In this document: positions 28,257 through 37,508 of the stretch, piece by piece
How positions within the stretch are numbered: the first letter of the stretch is position 1
Layout of the letters: every line of letters starts with the position of its first letter
Source: an uncultured Pseudomonadales bacterium
GTDB lineage: Bacteria; Patescibacteriota; Microgenomatia; UBA1400; Chazhemtobacteraceae
DNA: 64,000 nucleotides
NCBI GenBank assembly: GCA_964422035.1
Contig: CAYQZQ010000001.1
Span: 587,786-651,785 of the forward strand
Direction: 5' to 3'
The notes under the pieces: model-generated
Database searches by the model: none
Seen by the model: only the letters and a program-made list of their open reading frames with translations
Told to the model about the DNA's origin: nothing
Translations under genes and position numbers: made by a program

Positions 28257-29372
28257 TTAATTGTTTTCTGAGACCTTGGCAGCTTGCTCAATTAAGCGAT
28301 TGGCGTATCCCCATTCATTGTCATACCAGGCCAGTATTTTGATAAGATCTCCGTCTACAACTTTGGTCATACCGAGGTCAACAATAGCTGATTCAGGGCG
28401 ACCGATGATATCAGAGGAAACAAGAGGTTGATGAGTGACAGCTAAGATTCCTTTATACAGGGGGTGTTTTGAAGCGTCTATAAAAATTTGATTAACTTCT
28501 TCTACGCTGGTGGTTTTTTTGGTAACAAAGGTGAAGTCGGTAATTGAGCCGGTAATGACAGGGGCTCTTAAGGCTAAGCCATCAAACAAACCTTTTAATT
28601 CCGGAATGGTTTCTGTGGTGGCATTAGCAGCTCCGGTTGAGGTAGGCACTATGTTTTGGGCAGCAGCTCGAGCTCTGCGCAAGTCTTTATGAGATCCGTC
28701 TTGAATGTTTTGAGAGTCAGTATAGCCGTGAACTGTAGTTAGCATAGCCTTTTTAATCTCAAGCTTGGAGTGCATTACTGCTGCTATTGGGGCAATGCAG
28801 TTGGTGGTACAGGAGGCATTATTTATCATAAAGGTTGAGCCGTGAGGTGAAAGCTTGACTTGATCTTGATTGACGCCGATAACGGAGGTGGGCAGGTTGC
28901 CACCCTTAGAAGGGGCAGAAACCACAACAAACTTAGCACCGGCTTCAAGGTGTTGCTTGGCCTTTTCTTCAGTGCGAAATGCACCGGTACACTCTAAAAC
29001 TACATCTGGTTTATATTTATTCCAGGGTAGTTTTTTAGGGTCTCTTTGAGCCAGAATTGGGATCTTTTTGTCTTTGACGTTTATATATCCTATAAGAGGG
29101 TCTTGGTCATTAGCTTTTTGAGGGTCTTTTAGATCCTCAGCCTGAAGGGGGGTTTTTAGAATACCGTAGGCAGTGTCGTATTTGGCCAGATGAGCCCAGT
29201 CCGAGGCTTTCATGGATCCAGAGGTGTTAATGGCAACAAGATCAAGTTGCTCAATATAGCTTTTAAGCCAGATTCTAAAGCTTAGGCGGCCGATACGTCC
29301 AAAACCATTGATTGCAATATTAGTTGGAGCAGACATTGAGATAAGTATGAAGGATTCAGTAAAAGTATGCAA
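28257..29372 (-). CDS. gap: Glyceraldehyde-3-phosphate dehydrogenase
   Basis: 'IAINGFGRIGR' NAD motif; 'ASCTTNC' catalytic Cys; 'WYDNEWGY' C-terminal signature. 371 aa. Confidence 0.9.
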   Translation of the reverse strand: MHTFTESFILISMSAPTNIAINGFGRIGRLSFRIWLKSYIEQLDLVAINTSGSMKASDWAHLAKYDTAYGILKTPLQAEDLKDPQKANDQDPLIGYINVKDKKIPILAQRDPKKLPWNKYKPDVVLECTGAFRTEEKAKQHLEAGAKFVVVSAPSKGGNLPTSVIGVNQDQVKLSPHGSTFMINNASCTTNCIAPIAAVMHSKLEIKKAMLTTVHGYTDSQNIQDGSHKDLRRARAAAQNIVPTSTGAANATTETIPELKGLFDGLALRAPVITGSITDFTFVTKKTTSVEEVNQIFIDASKHPLYKGILAVTHQPLVSSDIIGRPESAIVDLGMTKVVDGDLIKILAWYDNEWGYANRLIEQAAKVSENN

Positions 29373-29541
29373 GATAAAAATTTTAAGGGTCCCCTAGCCT
29401 ATTTTGAGGCTAAAAATTGAAGGTTTAGACGGATATATGCGTCTTTTTGTCTAGTTTTGGGTTATCTTTGGTTAAGGCTAAAATTGTTTTTGAGGCTAGC
29501 AGACTTGACAAGAGGGTGATAACTAGATAGTATTACACGCG

Positions 29542-29558
29542 TCTGTGATAGTCACAGG
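29542..29558. promoter_or_regulatory. Perfect palindrome CTGTGA-TAG-TCACAG in the gap/M23 divergent intergenic region (candidate operator)
   Basis: A 6-bp inverted repeat with a 3-bp spacer lies within an unusually GC-rich 360 bp spacer. That spacer also contains direct repeats 'CAGTGACTGT' (29609 and 29697) and hairpins 'AATCCGC-AGG-GCGGATT' and 'GCGGTGAATTAGCCGC'. Confidence 0.25.
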
Positions 29559-29735
29559 CATGTTTGTTGGTAATTAACCAACCTAGGCCTGGCCAGGACC
29601 AGGCACCACAGTGACTGTATAGTCAAGTCACGCTAGGCGTGATGACGGAAAGATAGAGGATAATCCGCAGGCGGATTCTTTATCTTCCCTTTTAAGCAGT
29701 GACTGTGTCCTTTTATTCGCGGTGAATTAGCCGCG

Positions 29736-30446
29736 TTGATGATTTGGACAATAATTGAGCTTATGGTTCTAGCTTCCCTTGTATGGGCAGCTGAAAAACC
29801 CAAGGCTATTTCCCTTCTTAAACAAGGTTGGAGTATGTTTAAAGCTGGTTTAGACAGCTTGATGGGGCTCTTTTTGCCTGAAACACGTAAGTCAAACCCC
29901 GTTTCTAAGCTATTGAGGCCAGTATTTGAGCATAGCCATCTTAAGACCGTGGTGGGACTAAACCTAGCAGGCCTAATGCTGGTAGCTGGTTCCTCTGCTA
30001 TCCCTGGGGCTGCCTTAGGCATAACTCCAAGAGAGCTTGAAACTGATCTTTGGGCAGATGTACAGGTAGAGACCAAGAAGGCTGTCGTGCAGCCTGTGCC
30101 TGACGCCAGAGGCATATCTCAGGGTTATCATATTTTTCACCAAGCGGTCGATATTCAAGCTTATGTGGGAAGCGAGGTTAAACCTATTGCTGCCGGTACT
30201 GTTGAAAGGGTCGTATATAGTAGATACGGTTATGGATTCTGGATATTGATTGATCATGGTAATGAGACTAAGTCTTTGTATGCTCACTTGGGTGATATAA
30301 GCGTAGAAGTGGATCAGGAGGTTAAAACAGAGACTACTATTGGAATGATTGGTATGACTGGCAGAACCACAGGACCTCACTTGCATTTGGAGATTTTTGA
30401 AAATGGAAGAAATGTTAATCCATTGGTCTTTTTGTCTGGTAGATAA
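29736..30446 (+). CDS. M23-family (LytM-type) peptidoglycan endopeptidase with N-terminal membrane anchor
   Basis: 'YHIFHQAVDIQA' (HxxxD) and 'GPHLHLEIFENG' (HxH) Zn-ligand motifs. N-terminal TM (WTIIELMVLASLVWA). Confidence 0.8.
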   Translation: MMIWTIIELMVLASLVWAAEKPKAISLLKQGWSMFKAGLDSLMGLFLPETRKSNPVSKLLRPVFEHSHLKTVVGLNLAGLMLVAGSSAIPGAALGITPRELETDLWADVQVETKKAVVQPVPDARGISQGYHIFHQAVDIQAYVGSEVKPIAAGTVERVVYSRYGYGFWILIDHGNETKSLYAHLGDISVEVDQEVKTETTIGMIGMTGRTTGPHLHLEIFENGRNVNPLVFLSGR

Positions 30447-30517
30447 GCTTGTGAGTAATATGTAGGTATTCTCCCCTATTTGTCAATTAAAAATGGTCTG
30501 TGGATAAATAGAGTTTT

Positions 30518-31777
30518 TTGTGGATAGTTTGTAAGAGATGTACTAAAATAGGAAGCGTGGTTGAAAGAAGAAACGAAAACAATAACGAATCTGGTGAGAG
30601 TGCTGAGGAGTGGTTTAACAATAGAAAAGAAAGATTGGCTAGACAAAAAGAGTTTCGCTCCCTACCCACTTTTGTTGAAAAAGATGACAAGCCGGCAATA
30701 AGAGAAACTGAAAAAGTGATGCGCAAAGAACGAAAAAAGGCAATCGCTACCAATTTATCTAGTATGGAGGTCTTAATTCCCTGGCTTTATGAAAAGGCAG
30801 GCTTGATTGAGGGAGATTTGGTGGGTGTAGATAGAGGTTCTCATGTAGAAAAACTGTCTATTGTGGGACAAGAACTGCATGAAGCAGAAAGCTTGTTTAG
30901 TGTGGTGCTGCAGAAAGACAATGGACTTTATGCACACGAGGTGTTGCCTACTAGTGATGATGAGTTAGTTTTGCGAATTGAGAAGGCCAGTAACGGGTTT
31001 ATTGTCAAACAAAATGATGATAAAGAAACCATTAGAGAAAATTTGATGCACGCTTGGCAGAGATTCTGCGACCTCTCTTTAAAGAAGGGTCCTGAAAACC
31101 ATACTTTACCTGGGTTTGGGATAATGGGCCCTCTAGAAAGAGAAAATCTTGAATACAATGAGGAAGTTAAAGCTTTAGGGAACAGGTTGGCCGCAAGATG
31201 GGCTGAAGAGGTAAGTAAAGAGAGGCCGATGAGTTGGGAGTTTAGAAAAAATACTTTAACACAACGAGAGGTTTTGATCGCCGTGAAGTTTGATTTGGCA
31301 AACTTAATGTTTCGGTCAAGACTGGATAGTGTAAGTAGAATTATTGATAATCATGGATTAGTAAGAGCTCAGGTCATTGACCTAAAAACAGGCCAAAAAC
31401 AAGAGAGGGTGGGGCTAAGAGCAGAGATTGATAGAAGACAAAAGCAGTTGATCCAGGTCCTACTTGAAGAATTTACTGTGTCGTATTTGTTAAACTTTAA
31501 AAATCTTGAAAGCAATAAAGGGATTTTTTACTTAAAAACACAAGAGGGGGTGAGAAGACAAAGTGATAGGTTGCATATGATGGGATATAGATATTTTGAC
31601 AAAAATACTGGAGAGCTTGAGCTGGATAGGTTTAAAATGAACGACAAAGAAAGGCAGGAGTTTGACGATTGGCTTAGGTGGTATGGGGAGATGATGCATA
31701 TATATGAAGGCGATGTTAGGAAGTTGATGAAAAGAGATTTTTGGTATGATTTGTCGTCTGTTAGACTTAAGAGTTAA
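30518..31777 (+). CDS. Hypothetical protein, no recognisable domain; stop overlaps the tgt start (TAATG)
   Basis: 419 aa open frame with good coding composition. The N-terminal about 60 aa may be non-coding, with internal Met candidates (for example M at 'MRKERKK'). It is translationally coupled to tgt. Confidence 0.5.
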   Translation: MWIVCKRCTKIGSVVERRNENNNESGESAEEWFNNRKERLARQKEFRSLPTFVEKDDKPAIRETEKVMRKERKKAIATNLSSMEVLIPWLYEKAGLIEGDLVGVDRGSHVEKLSIVGQELHEAESLFSVVLQKDNGLYAHEVLPTSDDELVLRIEKASNGFIVKQNDDKETIRENLMHAWQRFCDLSLKKGPENHTLPGFGIMGPLERENLEYNEEVKALGNRLAARWAEEVSKERPMSWEFRKNTLTQREVLIAVKFDLANLMFRSRLDSVSRIIDNHGLVRAQVIDLKTGQKQERVGLRAEIDRRQKQLIQVLLEEFTVSYLLNFKNLESNKGIFYLKTQEGVRRQSDRLHMMGYRYFDKNTGELELDRFKMNDKERQEFDDWLRWYGEMMHIYEGDVRKLMKRDFWYDLSSVRLKS

Positions 31778-32859
31778 TGAGAGAAGTTTTTAAAAGCAAA
31801 AACCAAGATCTTAAGTTGCCTATCTTTTTTCCTGATGCTACACAGGGGGTAATTAAAGGGCTTGACAGTGATGATATTAGAAATACCAAGACCGAGGGGG
31901 TGTTGGTAAATACTTATCATCTTTATAGGAAATTAGGAAAGGGTGTATTGAATGAATTTGGAGGAATTGGTAAATTTATAAACTGGAAAGGTGGTTTGAT
32001 CTCTGATTCGGGAGGTTTTCAACTAATGAGTTTGGTTAAAAAAAACGGGAAAGGTAGAGTTAGAGAGCGGGGAATTGAATTTATGAGCCAGAACGGAAAA
32101 ATGTTATTTACTCCTGAAGAGTCAATAAGTTTCCAAATGGAGATTGGAGCTGATATGTTGGTGGTTTTGGATGACTTTACTCCCCCAGAAGCGGATTATG
32201 ATGAAGCGAAGGAAACTGTTGAGCTCACAATTAGATGGGCAAAAAGAAGTAAGGATGAGTTTGAGAAGATTTGCGACAAGAAAGGACTCTCAAACAAGAA
32301 AAGACCTTACTTGTTGGCAGTGGTGCAAGGTGGGCAGTTTTTAGATCTAAGGAAAGATTGTGCAAACAGGCTGGAAGAGATTGGTTTTGATGGTTTTGGT
32401 TTTGGAGGTTGGCCTGTTAAAGAGAGTGGAGATTTTCATTGGGAAGTTGCTGAGTGTCTGGCTAAAAATACTCCAGAGGATTATTTTTTATATGGACTAG
32501 GAATTGGAATGCCTGATGATATCGTTGGCTGTGTTGACCTGGGGTACAACATTTTTGACTGCGTTTTGCCAACCAGAGACGGAAGACATGGTCGAATATA
32601 TAGATACAAAGCTGACAGTATGGAGGAAATTAAGATTGAAGGTGATTTTTATGAATTTTTACAAGTAGGCAAGAAAGGTCAGATTGATAAAACGGAACCA
32701 GTGAGCAGGGCGTGTGATTGTGCTTTATGCAGAAATTACAGTTTGGGTTACTTGGCTCATTTGTTTAGGATTAAAGAAATGACAGCGGGAAGATTGGCAT
32801 CCATTCACAACTTAAGATTCTATTCAATATTAATGGAGAAGTTAAAGAATCGACAATAA
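31777..32859 (+). CDS. tgt: Queuine tRNA-ribosyltransferase
   Basis: 'LPIFFPDATQG', 'VNTYHLY', 'DSGGFQ' and 'LVVLDD' catalytic region. C-terminal Zn site 'CDCALCRNYSLGYLAHL' (CxCxxC...H). Confidence 0.85.
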   Translation: MREVFKSKNQDLKLPIFFPDATQGVIKGLDSDDIRNTKTEGVLVNTYHLYRKLGKGVLNEFGGIGKFINWKGGLISDSGGFQLMSLVKKNGKGRVRERGIEFMSQNGKMLFTPEESISFQMEIGADMLVVLDDFTPPEADYDEAKETVELTIRWAKRSKDEFEKICDKKGLSNKKRPYLLAVVQGGQFLDLRKDCANRLEEIGFDGFGFGGWPVKESGDFHWEVAECLAKNTPEDYFLYGLGIGMPDDIVGCVDLGYNIFDCVLPTRDGRHGRIYRYKADSMEEIKIEGDFYEFLQVGKKGQIDKTEPVSRACDCALCRNYSLGYLAHLFRIKEMTAGRLASIHNLRFYSILMEKLKNRQ

Positions 32860-32860
32860 A

Positions 32861-32890
32861 AAAACCCCGCGCAAGCGGGGCTTTTTATTT
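32861..32890. terminator. Bidirectional rho-independent terminator between convergent tgt and groEL
   Basis: AAAAAA-CCCCGC-GCAA-GCGGGG-CTTTTTATTT: a GC stem with GNRA-like tetraloop, flanked by A-tract and T-tract. Confidence 0.65.
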
Positions 32891-32901
32891 ATTAGTTTTG
32901 G

Positions 32902-34542
32902 TTACATTCCCATACCTGCAGGTATGCCTCCTCCAGCTCTACCTGGACCAGGTTGATCATCATCTTCTTCAGGAATTTGGGTGATCAAACTTTCTGTGGT
33001 TAGAATCATCGAAGCAACAGAAGCGGCGTTTTGCAAAGCAGCTCTAGTTACCTTAACGGGGTCAATGATGCCGTCTTTTAGAAGATCGCCGTACTGAAGA
33101 GTGCTGGCGTTGAAGCCGAAGTTAGGATCGTCACTCTCTTGAACCTTTCTGACTACATAGCCCTCGTCAGCTCCGGAGTTTTTGGCTAACCAGCGCAATG
33201 GTTGAGAGAGAGAGTCGCGAACTACTTTGACTCCAATTTCTTCATCGTCATTTTCAGTTTTGATGTCTTCAAGGACTTTTACAGCTCTTAATAGAGCAAC
33301 ACCTCCGCCGGGAACAATGCCTTCCTCGATAGCTGCTTTGGTGGCGCCAACTGCGTCTTTAACTCTTTCCTTAAGTTCGTTGAGTTCTACCTCACTGGCA
33401 GCTCCAACGTTTATAACGGCAACTCCGCCAGATAGTTTAGCAAGACGTTCTTGAATTTTTTCTCTATCAAAATCAGAGGTGGTCTTGTCTATCTGTTTTT
33501 TGAGTTGAGAAACTCTGGCTTGAAGGTCTTTTTTGGTTCCTTGACCTCCGATGATGCGAGTTTCGTCTTTGCCAGCAACTATTCTATCAGCTTGTCCGCA
33601 GTCTTGAGGAGTTACTGATTCAAGTTTTCTGCCGGTGTCTTCAGAGATGACAGTGCCTCCGGTTAAAATGGCTATGTCATCAAGCATGGCTTTTCTACTA
33701 TCACCAAAGCCGGGAGCTTGAACAGCTAAGACATTGAATGAACCGCGCATCTTGTTGACTACTAAAGTAGCCAGGGCTTCTCCATCGATGTCATCAGCGA
33801 TGATAACTAGGTTTTTGCTTATTTTGACGATGTTTTCCAGGAAAGGAAGAAGTTCTTGAACTGAGCTTATTTTTTGGTCAGTGATAAGAATGTGGGGCTC
33901 TTCGATAACTGCCTCCATACTGTCACTGTCGGTAACAAAATATGGAGAAGAGTAACCTTTATTGAAGGCCATACCTTCTTTGTGCTCGATTTCGATTTCA
34001 AGTCCTCTACCCTCTTCTACTTCCACTAGTCCGTCTTGGCCAACGTTTTTTAGAGCTTGAGCAATTTTTTTACCAATGTTGGGGTTTTGTGCAGAAATTG
34101 TGGCAACATTTTCCCAGTCTTTTTGGGTAACTTTCTTTTTGCTTTCTTTTAAGTGCTCAATGACTATCTTAGTGGCTTTATCAATGCCGGTTTTCATCTG
34201 CATTGGATTGGCACCGGCGGCGATTGATTTCATACCGTTTTTAACGATTTGTTGTGCAAGTAAGGTAGCGGTGGTGGTACCATCTCCAGCAGCATCGTTA
34301 GTTTTTTCAGCAGCTTCTTTTACTAGTTGAGCTCCCATGTTTTCGAATGGATCTTTAAGTTCAACTTCTTTAGCTACTGAGACACCATCATGAAGTACGT
34401 TGGGGGCACCCCAGGACTTCTCAATGGCTACATTACGACCACGTGGACCTAAAGTGGTAACAACGGCTTTTGCTAATTGGTCAACCCCGCTTAAGAGTTT
34501 CTGGCGGGCTTCTTCTGAATAGATTATTTGTTTGGCGGACAT
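32902..34542 (-). CDS. groL: Chaperonin GroEL (60 kDa)
   Basis: '[14 protein letters not shown]', 'GGGVALLRA' and a C-terminal Gly/Met-rich tail 'GGIPAGMGM'. 546 aa. Confidence 0.95.
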   Translation of the reverse strand: MSAKQIIYSEEARQKLLSGVDQLAKAVVTTLGPRGRNVAIEKSWGAPNVLHDGVSVAKEVELKDPFENMGAQLVKEAAEKTNDAAGDGTTTATLLAQQIVKNGMKSIAAGANPMQMKTGIDKATKIVIEHLKESKKKVTQKDWENVATISAQNPNIGKKIAQALKNVGQDGLVEVEEGRGLEIEIEHKEGMAFNKGYSSPYFVTDSDSMEAVIEEPHILITDQKISSVQELLPFLENIVKISKNLVIIADDIDGEALATLVVNKMRGSFNVLAVQAPGFGDSRKAMLDDIAILTGGTVISEDTGRKLESVTPQDCGQADRIVAGKDETRIIGGQGTKKDLQARVSQLKKQIDKTTSDFDREKIQERLAKLSGGVAVINVGAASEVELNELKERVKDAVGATKAAIEEGIVPGGGVALLRAVKVLEDIKTENDDEEIGVKVVRDSLSQPLRWLAKNSGADEGYVVRKVQESDDPNFGFNASTLQYGDLLKDGIIDPVKVTRAALQNAASVASMILTTESLITQIPEEDDDQPGPGRAGGGIPAGMGM

Positions 34543-34579
34543 AATAGATTAGAAATTTATAATTTTAAATACAATATGA

Positions 34580-34897
34580 TTACTCAACTTGGGCAAGGAT
34601 GTCTTCGAATTTAAGAAATTGGAGTTCTTGTCCTTTGATAGTGACCTCGTTTCCTCCCCATTTTTTGTATACGACTAGGTCGCCTTTTTTGGCAGGGGAT
34701 GTTTGTTTTTGGTCGTCTTTTTGAATATCGTCTCCGACAGCAAGAACCTTGCCGTATTGGGGTTGCTCGTCATGAGTATCGGGTAAATAAATGCCTGTTT
34801 CTGTCTGTTTTTCAACTTCTGATGGTTCAACAATGATGTAACCAGGGGCGGGTTTTAAATTCTTAACTGAAAGAGAGGTTTTTTTCTTAGATGCCAT
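34580..34897 (-). CDS. groS: Co-chaperonin GroES
   Basis: 105 aa. The mobile loop region and 'GDLVVYKKWGGNEV' are typical of GroES. Confidence 0.9.
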   Translation of the reverse strand: MASKKKTSLSVKNLKPAPGYIIVEPSEVEKQTETGIYLPDTHDEQPQYGKVLAVGDDIQKDDQKQTSPAKKGDLVVYKKWGGNEVTIKGQELQFLKFEDILAQVE

Positions 34898-34936
34898 GGA
34901 TAAGTTTTTTTAATTGTTAATTGCTTAAAAATGCAA

Positions 34937-34963
34937 ATAGCACTTTACGTGCACGAGTGCTAT
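34937..34963. promoter_or_regulatory. CIRCE element (HrcA operator) upstream of groES
   Basis: ATAGCACTT-N9-GAGTGCTAT matches the consensus TTAGCACTC-N9-GAGTGCTAA. It is an 8/9 inverted repeat, 40-65 nt upstream of the groES start codon. Confidence 0.65.
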
Positions 34964-34986
34964 TTTATTTAAGGAAACTGCTGATG

Positions 34987-37485
34987 TCAAGTTTGTAGGT
35001 CATCAGATCCAGTCTTAGTCGATTCTTTTTTGTCAACCATCATGGTTAGATTATAACGTCCTTGATCATCTATTTCATAGAGTTTAACTTTTATCTGGTC
35101 TCCTTTATGGGCCCATTGATGTGGATCTTTGACGTATTCTTTTGAGATATTTGAGATGTGAACCAGTCCTTTGGTGTCGGGCAGAAATTCAACAAAGATG
35201 CCGTAGTCTTTGATGTTAGTTACCGAGCCGATGTATGTCTCGCCTACTTTGGGTTGGGTTTGTAATGGTTGTTGGGGAAGAATTTGGGGTGATTGGGGCT
35301 GGTTTTGGGATGGCTCTTGCTTGGTTTGACTGTGGCGTTGCTTTGAAGAGGTGATAACTTTTTGGCGATTGTGAGTGCGATTTTGTTCAGGTAGGGGCAA
35401 AGTGTAAGCGGGGAAGGGACTGGAAATGCGGCCGTCGATGGTGAGTTTGTTGATGATTTGATAGCGACCAAGGTTGACTAAGTCGTCCTGGGTATATAAA
35501 TCACCGAATTCTTGTTTTATTCTGTCAGCGTCATCAGCTCCGACTACAAATGTAGCAATGGTGCCTACGTTGCCAAAAATAGCTTTTTGAATTTCTTCAG
35601 GTAACTGAGCTGTATATTGGTTTGCAAGAGTTAAGCCAAGACGATATTTTCTGGCTTCGGAGAGAATTTTTATGAATGATTGAGTGGCAAAGTTTTGAAA
35701 CTCGTCAACATATAAGAAGAAATCTTTTCTTTCTTCTTCGGGAACGTTAACTCTGTTCATGGCTGCAAGTTGGAATTGGGTAATAAACATGGCACCAAGA
35801 AGAGCAGCGTTAGCTTCGCCTAATTTGCCTTGGGATACGTTAAGAATAAGGATTTTGCCTTGATCCATGATTTCTTCCAAGTCTATTGTTGAAGTGGGAC
35901 TTTCTAGCACTTTTCTTATGGTGGGGCTGCCGATGAATTGACCTACTTTGTTTAAGATAGGGGCCACCGCTTCGGTTTGGAGTCGCTCTGAATACTGATT
36001 AAATTCTTTTTCCCAAAAATCAATTAGCACTTGATGCTCGATGGCATCGAGACTATTAACAATTTTTGAACGAAACTGGCCATTGGTGAGGATTTTGGGA
36101 ACATCAAGCAAAGTTGAGCCGGGGGTTTCAACAAGAGTCAAAAGAGTGTTGCGGAAGATGTACTCCATGCGTGGCCCCCATGAATAATGAAAAAGTTTAT
36201 GAAAGATAGAGACGATGCCTTCCATGACGAGCTCTTTGTGCTCTGGTCGTTTTACTTCAAGTGGATTGAGGTGGAAAGGACGATCCATGTTGGTAGGATC
36301 AAGATAAGCAACATCTTTGATGCGATGGTCTGGTACGAAATCCAGAAGTATATCTGAAAGGTCTCCATGAGGGTCGATGACGGCCAGTCCTTGATCTTTT
36401 TGCAGATCTGAGATGGCCATGTTAGCCATTAACCAAGATTTACCTGTGCCTGATTTGCCTAAGATATAAAAATGTCGACGACGATCGGTAAGCCTGATAC
36501 CAAATGGAGCGAGTCTGTTTTTGAATTCGGTTTTGGCGTAGATGGTTAGACTTTTCTCTTCTTGAGAAGTTGTGGATTTGGCAACTGGCAGGTTATCTGG
36601 CGGCTCTCCCCGCAGGGTTTTGCCCCAGGCAAGGTTGCGAATTCCGACGTGTTGCAGGCTAGGAAAGTGAAAAAGACTGGCGAGTTCAACAACATTTAAG
36701 ACTTGATTTTTGGGTATAAAGTTGGGGGTGCGATTAATAAGTGATGAGATGAATTTTTGTTTGCGCTTGGGTTTTTGAAGTGAGAAAGAGTTGCCCTGGT
36801 TGAGAGTATAGGTATGGTAGGCACTGGATAGTTGAATGAGGAGACTTTGGGCTTGATTGGGATCTTTGGAGGTAGTGAGAATTCTTAGGTCAGCTTGGTA
36901 GGCTGGTGAGGAAATCTTGTCTTCGATAAGGTTGGCTTGAGGGTGGGCTTTGAAAACTTCAGGATCTGGGCTGACTCCTTTTTCGATGATGTGTCGGCTG
37001 CCTTGAGCCCAACCAGAGGGAGCGGCGGTAAGGAGTATTTGAATAATGGCAGCAGAGTGAGGAGTGGTTTTGGAGAGAACCCCTAGTATGGCTGAGAGGG
37101 GGTCTGTGTCTTCAAATTGATTGTAGGTTTTAAGAGGAAAATGATAGGGAGAGGTTAGCTGCAGCTGACCGGTACAAGTATGACCGTAGTTAGTCCATCC
37201 TGGTAAGTAGTCCTCCATTTGAGTGATAACTGAAGTTGGGTATTGGGCGGCGATTTGATTGCGGAGAAGTTGTTGATGTTTTTGGGGGGCGGTGACGATG
37301 AAGAATACTCTTTGGTTGAGGCTGGCAATTTCCAGACTAATGGTGGGTTGATTGTTTAAAAGTCTTTGAAAAAAGTTATCACTTAAAATGTTGTTTAAAC
37401 CAGAGAGAAACTGAGCAGACGCTTCTGGAGTATATTCGGAGTCTTTAGCAGTTCGGACTTCTAAGATTGTGCGTTGGGCAGGCAT
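34987..37485 (-). CDS. VirD4/TrwB/TraD-like P-loop ATPase (type IV coupling-protein-like) with C-terminal S1 RNA-binding domain
   Basis: 832 aa. 'RRRHFYILGKSGTGKSWLMANMAISDLQKDQGLAVIDPHGDLSDIL' (the TrwB_AAD-type Walker A plus 'DPxGD'). Walker B 'FFLYVDEFQNF'. A Gln/Pro-rich linker, then the S1 fold 'VGETYIGSVTNIKDYGIFVEFLPDTKGLVHISNISKEYVKDPHQWAHKGDQIKVKLYEID'. Confidence 0.6.
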   Translation of the reverse strand: MPAQRTILEVRTAKDSEYTPEASAQFLSGLNNILSDNFFQRLLNNQPTISLEIASLNQRVFFIVTAPQKHQQLLRNQIAAQYPTSVITQMEDYLPGWTNYGHTCTGQLQLTSPYHFPLKTYNQFEDTDPLSAILGVLSKTTPHSAAIIQILLTAAPSGWAQGSRHIIEKGVSPDPEVFKAHPQANLIEDKISSPAYQADLRILTTSKDPNQAQSLLIQLSSAYHTYTLNQGNSFSLQKPKRKQKFISSLINRTPNFIPKNQVLNVVELASLFHFPSLQHVGIRNLAWGKTLRGEPPDNLPVAKSTTSQEEKSLTIYAKTEFKNRLAPFGIRLTDRRRHFYILGKSGTGKSWLMANMAISDLQKDQGLAVIDPHGDLSDILLDFVPDHRIKDVAYLDPTNMDRPFHLNPLEVKRPEHKELVMEGIVSIFHKLFHYSWGPRMEYIFRNTLLTLVETPGSTLLDVPKILTNGQFRSKIVNSLDAIEHQVLIDFWEKEFNQYSERLQTEAVAPILNKVGQFIGSPTIRKVLESPTSTIDLEEIMDQGKILILNVSQGKLGEANAALLGAMFITQFQLAAMNRVNVPEEERKDFFLYVDEFQNFATQSFIKILSEARKYRLGLTLANQYTAQLPEEIQKAIFGNVGTIATFVVGADDADRIKQEFGDLYTQDDLVNLGRYQIINKLTIDGRISSPFPAYTLPLPEQNRTHNRQKVITSSKQRHSQTKQEPSQNQPQSPQILPQQPLQTQPKVGETYIGSVTNIKDYGIFVEFLPDTKGLVHISNISKEYVKDPHQWAHKGDQIKVKLYEIDDQGRYNLTMMVDKKESTKTGSDDLQT

Positions 37486-37508
37486 AGGTTAATTATAGCG
37501 AAAGTCGA

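Noticed and set aside
28115-28342. 75 aa plus-strand ORF
   Set aside because: It overlaps the tRNA-Cys-like gene and the 3' end of gap on the opposite strand. Its composition (Cys/Arg-rich) is not protein-like. It is treated as a frame artefact.
29633-30115. 160 aa minus-strand ORF
   Set aside because: It is antisense to the well-supported M23 peptidase gene and to a GC-rich spacer. Its Ala/Ser/Arg/Pro-rich translation is typical of antisense GC-rich frames.
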